Below, one piece after another: positions 27,066 through 37,881 of a DNA stretch of 64,000 nucleotides. Positions within the stretch are counted from its first letter, which is position 1. Each line of letters begins with the position of its first letter. The stretch comes from Octopus sinensis. Its lineage: Eukaryota. A program made the translations under genes and the position numbers. The notes below the pieces were generated by a model. The model searched no databases. It saw nothing but the letters and a program-made list of their open reading frames with translations, and had not been told where the DNA came from. The stretch covers positions 55,068,464-55,132,463 of the forward strand of contig NC_043011.1 of NCBI RefSeq assembly GCF_006345805.1. Reading direction: 5' to 3'.

Positions 27066-27746
27066 GCTACTAACTCCTAGTATTGAAAGGAAAAGAAGAG
27101 AAAAGGGTCAATAGGAGCTGCAGGATGAGGTGCCCAAGCCAGCCCACAAGGCACAAGTGGGTGGGTGATTTGAGAAGTTGAATGGGGTGGACAAAAGGGG
27201 GAATAAGACAAGAGTTATGAGCTGGTGATGATGGAGGGATGCAGAGGAGTGGGGCAGAGAGGGAGCAGCAAATAGATGTAGTGAAGATGAAACAGTTACT
27301 GATGAGGAGAGGACAAGGAAGAAGGAAGAGGTGGACATAGACATGGAGCATGAGGGTGGTGAGTTTTGAAATACAGTAATCATCATCATCATCGTTTAAC
27401 ATCCGTTTTCCATGCTAGCATGGGTTGGACAGTTCGACTGGGGTCTGGGAAGGAGGCTGCACCAGGCACCAGTCTGATCTGGCAGTGTTTCTACAGCTGG
27501 ATGCCCTTCCTAACGCCAACCACTCCGTGAGTGTAGTGGGTGCTTTTTACGTGCCACCGGCACAGGGGCCAGAGAAGGCTGGCAAACGGCCACGATCAGT
27601 TGGTGCCTTTTATGTGCCACCGGCATGGACGCCAGTCAAGGCGGCGCTGGCATCGGCCATGTTCGGATGGTGTTTTTTTTTACGTGCCACCAGCACGGGT
27701 ATCACAACTAATGTGTAATGTGTAAACAATTTAAAAAACCACTTAC

Positions 27747-27815
27747 AGAGATGGATTCTCCCAGGCAATATTGTATCTTCTTTGTAGTATGGATGGCCTT
27801 GTGGAATCACCTTGT
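27747..27815 (-). CDS. 69-nt phase 2-2 exon (QGDSTRPSILQRRYNIAWENPS)
   Basis: Acceptor tttattattacag, donor GTAAGT; phase 0 is closed by TGA. Confidence 0.7.
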
Positions 27816-27885
27816 CTGTAATAATAAACATATACATACATACATACAGAGAGAGAGAGAGAAAGATAGATAGATAGAGAGAGAA

Positions 27886-27933
<48 letters not shown>

Positions 27934-28056
27934 GTAGAAAGTTCAGAAATGAGTGGCTGACATTACACTTGTTTTCCCATTCACACACAGAAACATGGGG
28001 ACAACAATAGCCACACCCATAAGTAACCAATCTTTACTTTTTGCTATTCTGACAAC

Positions 28057-28092
28057 CTGTCATGTGACTCAGTACATGGAGATAACATGTAA
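28057..28092 (-). CDS. Candidate 36-nt phase 2-2 microexon (YMLSPCTESHD)
   Basis: caacag acceptor, weak donor AG/GTTGTC; if that donor is skipped the frame reads on to a TAG. Confidence 0.3.
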
Positions 28093-29171
28093 CTGTTGAT
28101 GATAATACAGTAATACGATGCCTTCACAGGATTAACACAGCCTTAACTATCACAGCACTTATTCATTTGACACTAATAGGCAGACATCATGGAGAACTAA
28201 TCAAATGCTATACCTGAACTTGTAACCATCTTCAACCAACCAAATTGTAGCTTAATCCATAATTTCTTCATAAAAAATGGAATTTCCCAATTCCATCCAG
28301 AAAAAAATATAGTGTGTTCATTTGGCAAAAGAAAAAAAATCCTTGTCTGGTACCTGATCAATCCCAATGGTAGCCATGGAATGTGAAGGTGGGTGTGTGG
28401 GCCATGATTGTAATGTTGTGTATCATCTGCAGTGGGAACAGGGACAGTTTTCTCTATGAAGGCCTTTTTTCGTCTATTTACTGATATAGTGTCTTTATGA
28501 CCATTAAAGTCTATGGTGAAAAATTTAACCGTGCATGAATGAAAGTGGAAAGTTGCTGCATATGGTACTGTTAACGGAGGTTGAACAACATCGTTGCACA
28601 CAAAAACATGAGTCAAGAAGTAAAACTTCCTTCAAGGCAGAGCCAGAAATGCAATTGTCAAGTAGGGTAGAGGTTTTAAACAGAAGTGATATATTCAAAA
28701 TTGCTAAAACTAAAAATTGTCAAGGATAAATTAAATTTATTATTGTTACTGAATGTGTTAGTGTTATTTAATTTCTGAACAGTTTTGCTGCCATTTGTTT
28801 ATGAAGTTTCTACTAAGATAGAGACATGAGTAAAATTGATAATAGAGAAACAAAAATAAACTTTGGAAACAGCAGCAACGCCATAACTTACGTGGAAACC
28901 ATAAGCATGCTTTCAAGGGAGATGATCAGAGAAAGACTTGAAAATCAACGTAAGATCATAATACTTCATGTAAAGTAAATATAACAAATAATCCAGAATC
29001 CTTGTTTGGAACTGGATCAACTTCAAAATCTAATCAATCCATGCCAATCATGAGGCCAAACATCCCTGAAAGTTTCATCTGAATCCATCCAGTGGTTCTT
29101 GAGATATCTTGTCCATGAACAAACATACAAACACACACAATACCTCCACCTTCGCTAAGGGGCAGATGTAA

Positions 29172-29206
<35 letters not shown>

Positions 29207-29217
29207 ACAATACTTAC

Positions 29218-29295
29218 TGCTCCAGGCTGTCATCTGCTACAGACTTAACCACTGGATTTTCCCCTTGTAAATCTGGAACTGGTTTCTTAGGAGGG
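29218..29295 (-). CDS. 78-nt phase 2-2 exon (PPKKPVPDLQGENPVVKSVADDSLE)
   Basis: Acceptor gtgttttacag, donor GTAAGT; only the phase-2 frame is open. Confidence 0.75.
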
Positions 29296-30747
29296 CTGTA
29301 AAACACAATTGCTTACATAGATCAATTTAATAACATATTTGTCACCTTAATGTAAACATTTTACTTACTCAGGCCATCAATAACCCCTTTTCACTCTCCT
29401 CCACTTTGGGCTGTCATTCCTGCCTGTTTTGTAGCTCTTGTCTCAATATTCTGTCTCCAGTTATTTTCAAGGGGTCCTTTTTTCAATCTCCCTTGTCAGC
29501 CTCTCCTGCTGGTCACTTGACCTTACAGTTTCATTTTTGATTTTGCTGCCCCCATATTATAGGATTCATTGAGAGAAGGCTTTTCACTCCCTTATTTTGT
29601 TGGTTTTGAACTGTCATTCTATAGTTTTGCTTTTCTTTGGTTGGGATGTGACCCTAGGCAATTGAAGTTTCACGCTCGAATGGTGCCCTTTTAGGTGCCA
29701 CTGGCACGGAAGCCAGTTGGCTGCTCTGGCAACGATCACGCTCGAATAGTGCTCTTGGCACCCTACTAGCACGGGCACAAGTGCCAGTAAGGCAAGAATG
29801 AAACACATACATACACACACACTTAAATAAATCTACACCTGATTGTAGAAAAGACTGTTTCAAAGTTCAATTGTTTTGACAATAAGGGACTTTACACATT
29901 TTCCCCAAATCATCCATGTCATATGAATATAGAAAATGTGATGTGAACCATGAATAAAATTAAAATTTTTGAACTCTAGAATTAGGAGTTTACACAGATA
30001 AAGCTTCATTCTGCTCTGTTTTACTATCAAAGACATTTTAACCATGGATATCCTGACATCAATTCTAGTTTAGACAACATCATCCAATATATACCTTTTT
30101 CTAGAAGGTAGGATGGTGAAATTTCAGTGAAATTTGGTTGCTGTTTCTACCAAATCAACTAATGATTTCTTAGAGGCTTCCTTCTAAAATATTAATTTCT
30201 TACTCTGGGGAAAATGGAACCAACCCATGGTCAAACTAACCAACCAACCAAATCCTGGTTCATTTTTGCTGGTTTGTTCAAGTACCATCCGTACGTGGCC
30301 AATGCCAGCACCGCCTTGACTGGTTTCCATGTCGGTGGCACGTAAAAACCACCAACCAATCGTGGCCATTGCCAGCCTCTCCTGGCATCTGTGCAGGTGG
30401 CACGTAAAAAGCACCCACTACACTCACGGAGTGGTTGGCGTTAGGAAGGGCATCCAGCTGTAGAAACACTGCCAGATCAGACTGGAGCCTGGTGCAGCTC
30501 CCTGGCTTCCCAGACCCCGCTCAAACCATCCAACCCATGCTAGCATGGAAAACAGACGTTAAACAATGATGATGATGATGATGACACACACACATATTAA
30601 TCATTCAGCTAATGTTGTCTTTTCCTTACCACATAATTCTGTATAGTTTGATTTTTTATGTTCAATTCGTTAAATGTTCTAACACTGACCTGGCCATCAT
30701 TGTTTTGATTTTATAGAAAGGAATATTATGGGAAACTGAATATTTAC

Positions 30748-30816
30748 CAGTTTTCACTTTCCTTCACACAGTCTTTCCTGATTGTTTCATTGGCTGCCAC
30801 TTCCTCCTTCTGTCCA
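30748..30816 (-). CDS. 69-nt phase 2-2 exon (GQKEEVAANETIRKDCVKESEN)
   Basis: Acceptor taataatttcag, donor GTAAAT; only the phase-2 frame is open. Confidence 0.72.
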
Positions 30817-31821
30817 CTGAAATTATTAACAAACAGGTCAGTTGCCTGATGAAACATCACTCAAGCACTTGGCTCCCTACAAATATTCCTATAAAGTATC
30901 CTAAATGCAAACAAAGGAGGAGGAGGAGGAGGAGGAGGAAACAATGACAATGGCAACAACTTTTATTTAGGTCTTGGGTCCACAATACATGTTTTGTGGG
31001 GAAAAGGGTTTGGTCAGTTTAATTGATCCTCCCACTGCCCCTCCTCTACTCAACTTGTACTTACTTTATGGACACAGCACCCACCAAGTCATGAGTCAGG
31101 GGTTGTCAGAGTTTTTATCAAAACCAAAATCAAATTCGATGACTGGCGTCCGTGCTAGCAGGGTGCAAAGAGCACCATACGAGTGTGATCATTGACAGAG
31201 CGGCTAACCAGCTTCAGTGCCAGTGGCACATAAAAGGCACCATTCGAGCTTCATCGTTACCAGCGTCGCATTACTGGCACTTGAGCCCTGTGCTAGTAGG
31301 TTATTAACAGCACCATCCGAGCGTGATCGTTGCCAGAGCGGCTATCTGGCCTCCGTGCCGGTGGCACGTAAAAAACACCATTCGAGCATGATCGTTACCA
31401 GCATCGCCTTACTGGCACCTGTGCCGGTGGCATGTGTAAAAGATTCGAGTGAGGTCGTTGCCAGTACCGCCTGACTGGTCCCCGTGCCGGTGGCATGTAA
31501 AAGCACCCACTACACTCTCAGGGTGGTTGGTGTTAGGAAGGGCATTCAGCTGTATATCTTCTTAAAATTTCTGTTTGTTTCCATTAAGAACAAAATATTG
31601 TTCATTCAATGTAAAACAATGGCTCTACCTCAGTAAAGAACCATGGACATGTCTCCTCACTCTCCCATCCCCCTCTCTCTCCAGTATACCACATTAAATG
31701 ATTTCACTCACTGATATCTTGTGGAAGGAGATTTGTAGCTTGAAGCTAATGGGGGAAAACCTGAGAAAATAACAACCTGAAGCAATAATATAATTTGAGA
31801 GATAGAACTTCTTATACTCAC

Positions 31822-31881
31822 TTCAGAAGAAATGTTTGTGTTGAACAACTGTATTCACTGGAAGCCTCCCCATTTAGCTGT
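31822..31881 (-). CDS. 60-nt phase 2-2 exon (QLNGEASSEYSCSTQTFLL)
   Basis: Acceptor tttatttatttccag, donor GTGAGT; only the phase-2 frame is open. Confidence 0.75.
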
Positions 31882-31896
31882 CTGGAAATAAATAAA

Positions 31897-32270
31897 TCTC
31901 TATATATTTAAACGGCAAAATGTCTGTCTGTCTGTGTGTGTGTGTCCTTTATACAAATCCACAATTTTTCAGTTAGAGGGCTCGCACTTTCTGTGGTCAT
32001 TCAAAACCGTCCAAGGGTGGTCATGCACATCTTTACATTTCCCCAGTCACACCACAAAGCCATTAAAAAATCAATAGAAGTGACCTTTTTGTGAATTTTC
32101 TATCCAAAACCCAATCAAAATGCCCAAAACTTGATACACCAATTGAATGCCAGCTAGCTGTATGTGATTGGTTGGAGATTTGGACAGTACTCGCGTGTCT
32201 GTGCGCACGCACGCAGCTGTATATACATGCACTAGCACTATGACCTGGCAACGCTGGGTCATAGTGCTAA
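31897..32270 (+). mobile_element. Non-autonomous Helitron, copy 1
   Basis: A|TC start, 3' hairpin TAGCACTATGACC..GGTCATAGTGCTA, ends CTAA|T; about 90% similar to 41086-41457. Confidence 0.8.
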
Positions 32271-32494
32271 TTAAAGATAATTGGATATCAAATGTGAGAG
32301 TATATTTGTTTCAAATGACTTTGTAAAAAGCACCCACTACACTCATGGAGTGGTTGGTGTTAGGAAGGGCATCCAGCTGTAGAAACTCTGCCTGATCAGA
32401 CTGGAGCCTGGTGCAGCCTCCTGGCTGCCCAGACCCCGGTTGAACTGTCCAGCCCATGCTAGCATGGAAAACAGACGTTAAACGATGATGATGA

Positions 32495-33356
32495 AAGTGC
32501 AGGATGTGCTCTGAGAAGGGAGAAAGAATAATCCATATTGTTAGTGAGTGCTGTAAGCTTGCACAACATGAATACAAAAGGAGACGCGACAATGTGGCCA
32601 GATATGCTCACTGGCTGTTGCGCAGTAAAGCAAACTTCAAGAAAGCCGAACAACGGTATGAACACAAGCCAGAAAGAGTAATGGAACATTACAAAAACAT
32701 CACAAAATACTGCGAGATTTTATCATGCAGTGAGACCAAGTCATAGAGGCGAGATGGCCAGATATCATGATCATCCATAAAGATGAAAAAGAAGTAAAGA
32801 TTATAGATGTTGCAATATCAGGTAATTTGAGGGTGAAATGTAAGGAAACAGAAAAGATTGAGAAATACCAGCCACTGCAGGATGAGATAGGAAAGTTATG
32901 AGACATGAGGAAATTAATGGTGATACCAGTGGTAATTGGAGCATTAGGAGCAGTTTCCAAGAGCTTTGAAAAACATTTTAAGAATATTGGAGGTGCTGTC
33001 AGGCTCAAGGTGATCCAGAAGACAGCATTGTTGGGTATAGCTCGCATTCTAAGGAGAATATTGTCTCTTTGAGTCACAGGAGAAGGGACTTCTTGAAACC
33101 TTTGGTGATTTGTTATTGCCTGCTTTCAAGAAAAGAACAACCGCAAATAGAACAGTGAGAAACAAAACAACAACAACAACAATAATAATAGAGCTCCTAC
33201 AGAAAGTTTGCCTCTCAGGGACAGCATGGATTATCAAGAGGGTTCTAAGCACTTGAAAGGCTGCTAAAAACTTGTGGACACGTAAGGTTACAAGTAGTAA
33301 CATAAATCCTACCTGGAATAAGACCAAACTTGAGCTTTGTTTCCATAATAATAATA
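32495..33356 (+). mobile_element. Two tandem R4/Dong-like LINE 3' ends (CCHC knuckle + PD-(D/E)xK endonuclease)
   Basis: CSEKGERIIHIVSEC, RWPDIMII..EVKIIDVAI, PVVIGALG, IQKTALLGIARILRR, then an (AAC/AAT)n tail; a second LQKVCL.GTAWIIKRVL end with its own (AAT)n tail. Confidence 0.8.
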
Positions 33357-33795
33357 ATAATTGTCAAAAAATAATTGTCAAATAATAATTGTCAAATAAT
33401 AATTGCCAAAAAGTAATTGTCAAATAATAATTGCCAAAAAATAATTGTCAAATAATAATTGCCAAAAAATAATTGTCAAATAATAATTGTCAAAAAATAA
33501 TTGTCAAATAATAATTGCCAAAAAATAATTGACAAATAATAATTGTCAAAAAGTAATTGTCAAATAATAATTGCCAAAAAATAATTGTCAAATAATAATT
33601 GGCAAAAAATAATTGTCAAATAATAATTGCCAAAAAATAATTGACAAATAATAATTGTCAAAAAGTAATTGTCAAATAATAATTGCCAAAAAATAATTGT
33701 CAAATAATAATTGCAAAAAATAATTGTCAAATAATAATTGCCAAAAAATAATTGACAAATAATAATTGTCAAATAATAATTTTCAAATAATAATT
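33357..33795. repeat. Minisatellite of alternating 14/15-bp units (ATAATTGTCAAATA / ATAATTGCCAAAAAA)
   Basis: About 30 tandem units read directly. Confidence 0.95.
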
Positions 33796-33865
33796 AAAAT
33801 TAAGAACCTTAACTTTTGTGAAGATTTTGTGAAAGAAACTAATAGAATTTCAAATTAATTTTTAC

Positions 33866-33934
33866 CTGTTTGAAGTTTCCGTGAATGTTTGATTGGTGAA
33901 GTTGTAGTTTTGGGCATTTTGCTTGAATCCCAGA
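33866..33934 (-). CDS. 69-nt phase 2-2 exon (LGFKQNAQNYNFTNQTFTETSN)
   Basis: Acceptor tttattttatatttctag, donor AG/GTAAAA; phase matches the end of the TM exon. Confidence 0.72.
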
Positions 33935-34548
33935 CTAGAAATATAAAATAAATGCCATAAGTGACAAGCTAAGGACAATCAGTTTTAACTAACTATATTT
34001 TGTAAAATTTATTATATTACTGTGACTGAGAGGACCCGGCAAATAAAGTCAGTCCACAGCTGTAACCTACACCAGTGTCACATAACCAGCCCACTCAAAA
34101 GTACCTTGGATTGTAGGGTGACGTGCCGTGCTTAAGGAGGCTCTATGAAGTCAAGTACATCAACATCAACAGCAATATCAAAATCAAATCAAATGGAAAT
34201 TATGGTTGTGAGCCCTGTGCTGGTAGCACGTAAAAAGTACCCACTACACTCTCAGAGTGGTTGGTGTTAGGAAGGGCATCCAGCTGTAGAAACACTGCCA
34301 GCTCAGATTGGGGCCCGGTGCAGCTTCCTGGCTTCCCAGGCCCCAGTCAAACCGTCCAACCCATGCCAGCATAGAAAACGGACGTTAAATGATGATGATG
34401 ATGATACGAGCTGAAGTAGCCATGGAAATTCCACAAGTGATAAATGGTTGATTTATTGTTCATTACTGGATGGAAATATATATATTTACAGGGAGGAATT
34501 GAGAATAGAATATATGTTCCACTTCATCATTTAATTGATAATAAAATA

Positions 34549-35400
34549 TACAGAGTGTTCAGGCTAAATTTGCATCAAAGGGGAAAAAAATAAAATATCC
34601 CAACCAAAAGTGAAAGTATTTTAAAAATTCAAAACATATGAACTAGATTATGGTTGGGAGATAAGTTTACTGCAAGTAACCACTCTCAGCTTTCACCATG
34701 TCCTCAAGACAGCTCTGGAACCTGGTGCAAGCATTCTTCACTGTGTCCCTGGGAAGATCTTCAAACCCCTCCTTGACTTTGGCCACCATCTCAGCCTTGG
34801 TGTTTCAAATAGTGTGGTTAATGTTGTTCCCGACAGTGTCCCACACATAAGTAACCCATGGAATTACAATCAGGGTGTATTAGGAGGCTGGGAGAGTCAG
34901 ATTTCTCTGACAGCCACTTCTGACGCTTTCTAGAAGTATAGCAAGGAGTTGAGTCCTGCTGCCACACATATGGCCTACCAGTGGCAACCCTCTCCAGCCA
35001 GAGTTTCACTATAGTCTCCAGCAGCTTCACATTACCTAAGGCTCTGTTCACTAGTTGGACGGTTTCTGGCAGATGCAGTCAGAATGCCTGCTGTGTCCCT
35101 TCCTGTAGCTTCGTAGTCTCCATTGCAACTGTCCATGTCATGTCTTACAGTCTTTACAGTATTCAGAACACTGAACAGCAGTCATGGTGTCAGTATTTTG
35201 ACACCTGGCATCAGTCATCACGATACAGGTAACTCTCTTCCAGTCCTCTATGTTCAGCTAACTTTTTCTCAACTACAACTTTGAACATGTCAAGCCCTAC
35301 AATCTCAATGTGCTGGATCTGCCCACAACCAGAACACATGACAACCCAAAGACTGTGGCTAAAGTGCATCCAAGAAACTGACTCTATCAGATTTATCAAG
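34549..35400 (-). mobile_element. Decayed Tc1/mariner (maT/DD37D-like) transposon
   Basis: TA|CAGAGTG end; minus translation GRPYVWQQDSTPCYTSRKRQKWLSE..PDCN...YLC. Confidence 0.75.
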
Positions 35401-36671
35401 ATTTATCTCCGACATAATGAAATTAAAACATATTTTACAGTCACACATGTCTCACGTTTCTTCTGCATTTCAGTGTATTATCTTGTTTGGAAATAGGTGT
35501 GGGTTAGCAACAAGTTATCCTGATATAGAAAATCTGTCTCAGTACAATCTGTTTGACTCATGCAAGCATGGAAAAGTGAATATTAAATAATGATGACAAC
35601 GACAATGACCACCACCACCATGAACCATCCTTTCATAAGGTGAAAAGTGTAATTTGAAAGCAATTTGGATGCTGTTTCTAACAAATCAAATAATCACATA
35701 TAAGTGCTCTCATTAACTTTTGTGTAATTTCCTGGTAAAATATCTTAGCTATATACGGGCCTGATGAAGAAATTACATAAATAAGTTCATTCGAACCTAT
35801 TTCTTGAATTGTTGCCCAACTAAAATTAAATCTTTTCTGTCTCTCTTATCTTTTACATTGGTTTGTGGATCTGCTGTAACAACTTATCTGTAATATTTTT
35901 TTCAGTTCTTTCTCGCAGACTATAATATTTGACAACAAATTGCATTTATCGCATTTTGCTCTTACAATGAAAGAAATAATAAAATAATAGTTAAAACTCT
36001 TCCAGTACCATTTATATTTATTGTCAAGAACAATGGAATGGTGGAAAAATCAGAAAAGTTAAGCACTTTAAAACATATAATGTTGACGTCCTTCATCCAT
36101 AGGCCCAGGAACAGGGGATGTGCTTGCAACTCCTAAAATATTTTGGCCATCAAAAAAAAATCTTTTGAACATTCTGGGTTGGATCTGGGTTTGCACCCAC
36201 TAGGCAATTTTCTCTCCCACACATTTGTGCCCTTCTTAATATTGTCATTATTTAGTTTCATCTTTGATAAATTAAGTACAGTCATGTATACAATTCTTAC
36301 GTTCTAATATAATTTACATTCCTACCTGGGACACATTGCAACAATCTAATTTGAGACCAGTACTTGACTGGCTGAGACATTATTTCACTGACCCCAAAAG
36401 GATGAAAGGTGAGCTTAATCTTGGCGGAATTAGAACACAACGTGTAAATGGCCAAAACTGAGCCCCTACCATAAGATATTTCCCATCTTTCCTAACTAAA
36501 ACTGTGGGGGCCTCACCACCCTCAGAAATTAATAAACCATGAAAGGGAAAAAATGACTAACTTCTTCTGTTGTGAATAGGCATGTGAAAATTCCAATGAT
36601 ACAATTTTATTCCCTCTTATAAATCCGAAATTTTGTGTCTGTTCAGAAAACCAAACCCTTTGCACACTTAC

Positions 36672-36822
36672 CCCTTTTCTTGTTCCGGCTTTCCTGTACG
36701 CTTTTTTACCTTAACAATAGTAAATATGAAGACTGCAAGGAGCAAAGCGAAGATTATCCCAACACATAGACCAATGATTAAGTTTCTCTTGTCGAAAGAC
36801 TCTTCTTCTTCTATTTCGGAAA
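36672..36822 (-). CDS. Transmembrane exon of a type I membrane protein (SEIEEEESFDKRNLIIGLCVGIIFALLLAVFIFTIVKVKKRTGKPEQEK)
   Basis: Acceptor tttttgttgcag, donor GTAAGT; about 23-residue hydrophobic helix followed by a KVKKR stop-transfer cluster; phase 1 to 2. Confidence 0.85.
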
Positions 36823-36876
36823 CTGCAACAAAAATGACAGAAAGCTTGTTAGTATAATGAATGCGTTATGGTTACT

Positions 36877-36975
36877 GGCAAAGCTAAAAAATATGCACAC
36901 CACCCGTCTTTGGCATTTAGGGTTAGGATTAGGGTTATGCCGAAAACAGGTGGTGTGCATATTCTTTACCTCGCC
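36877..36975. mobile_element. 99-bp MITE with a TTAGGG-like loop and 9-bp TSD
   Basis: Arms 36889-36916 / 36937-36964; loop TTAGGGTTAGGATTAGGGTT; ATGGTT(A/G)CT on both flanks. Confidence 0.6.
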
Positions 36976-37315
36976 ATGGTTGCTATTGTTGTTTAGAACT
37001 AGTTCAGTTGTAGTGTAGCCTTCCTGTTTTTTTTATGATGGTTGGTTTTTATTCGAAGGAGATATGGTTGCTATTTCTAGTATTTTGAGCAACTGTTCCC
37101 TTTTTGGTTCAATACTGAGAGGAAGAATAGAAAGAGTAAAGTTGTGAAGTTTAGAGAAAGGTAGGGAATGAAATAAGGAGAAACACTGGAAACTGTAAAA
37201 AGTGAAAGGTAGAAATTATGTAACAACTTACTCGCATACAGGTGACCGATGTATAAATCAGTATTTATTTGTGTGTATGTGTTTGTGTGTAAGTGAAGGA
37301 GACCATACGTGTATC

Positions 37316-37542
37316 TGTTTCTTTATTACTCACAAGGGGCTAAACACAGAGGGGACAAACAAGGACAGACAAACGGATTAAGTCGATTACATCGACTCCA
37401 GTTCGTAACTGGTACTTAATTTATCGACCCGAAAGGATGAAAGGCAAAGTCGACCCCGGCAGAATTTGAACCCAGAATGTTACGGCAGACGAAATACGGC
37501 ATTTCGCCCGGCGTGCTAACGTTTCTGCCAGCTCGCCGCCTT
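37316..37542 (-). mobile_element. tRNA-derived SINE family B, young copy with perfect 16-bp TSD (other copies at about 19212+, 36340-, 47393+, 49510-, 56070-)
   Basis: Head GGCGGCGAGCTGGCAGAAACGTTAGCACGCCGGGCG..GGGTTCAAATTC; body GCCTTTCATCCTTTCGGGGTCGATAAATTAAGTACCAG; TSD AGACCATACGTGTATC at 37300-37315 and 37543-37558. Confidence 0.88.
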
Positions 37543-37835
37543 AGACCATACGTGTATCATTTTGACTTTTAGCAGGAAGCAGTGTTGATGCAGACTCAGC
37601 TTTAGTTTTAGTTTGCCTCAAACTAAACAGTCAAGTTGTGTATACAGCATTTCATTGATTTCTAAATAATGACATTGTTTGTTTAAAATTTTGCAACCGT
37701 TGCCTTTCAAAATGACATCAAGAGACACAGGATGTAACCCCAGGTGGACATGTTCTCCAGCTGGTTAACAACCCAACCTGTGTCCGATATATTGCGAGTG
37801 AGGGAGCGAACCCCTACCATCTAGCAGTGACAAGA

Positions 37836-37881
37836 CCAGTTGACCAGTCTGGTTTCAGGGTATTGCCTTCATCAGTACTGG
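37836..37881 (-). ncRNA. Type I hammerhead ribozyme motif, intronic
   Basis: Minus strand reads CCAGTA-CTGATGA-AGGCAATACCCT-GAAA-CCAGACTGG-TC^AACTGG. Complete core, GUC triplet, stem I extended by TCTAGCAG/CTGCTAGA; A.A mismatch at pair 1.1-2.1. Confidence 0.72.

Larger units (their letters stand above)
5895..34404. mobile_element. About 16 copies of an RTE-type LINE 3' tail / derived short element (ends in (GAT)n)
   Basis: Shared core GGAGTGGTTGGCGTTAGGAAGGGCATCCAGCTGTA...CCCATGCTAGCATGGAAA.CGGACGTTAAACGATGATG. Approximate starts: 5895+, 9838-, 12438-, 14240-, 18525-, 19423-, 20870-, 21295+, 24139+, 25645+, 27380-, 29665+, 30284+, 31135+, 32325+, 34215+. RTE assignment is from recalled similarity only. 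Confidence 0.8.

Noticed and set aside
28197-28616. 139-aa minus-strand ORF
   Set aside because: TTG start, in-frame stop just upstream, weak splice sites and no recognisable domain.
33357-33795. CRISPR-like appearance of the short regular repeats (also the RTE-tail modules)
   Set aside because: No unique spacers, no cas genes, eukaryotic intron context.
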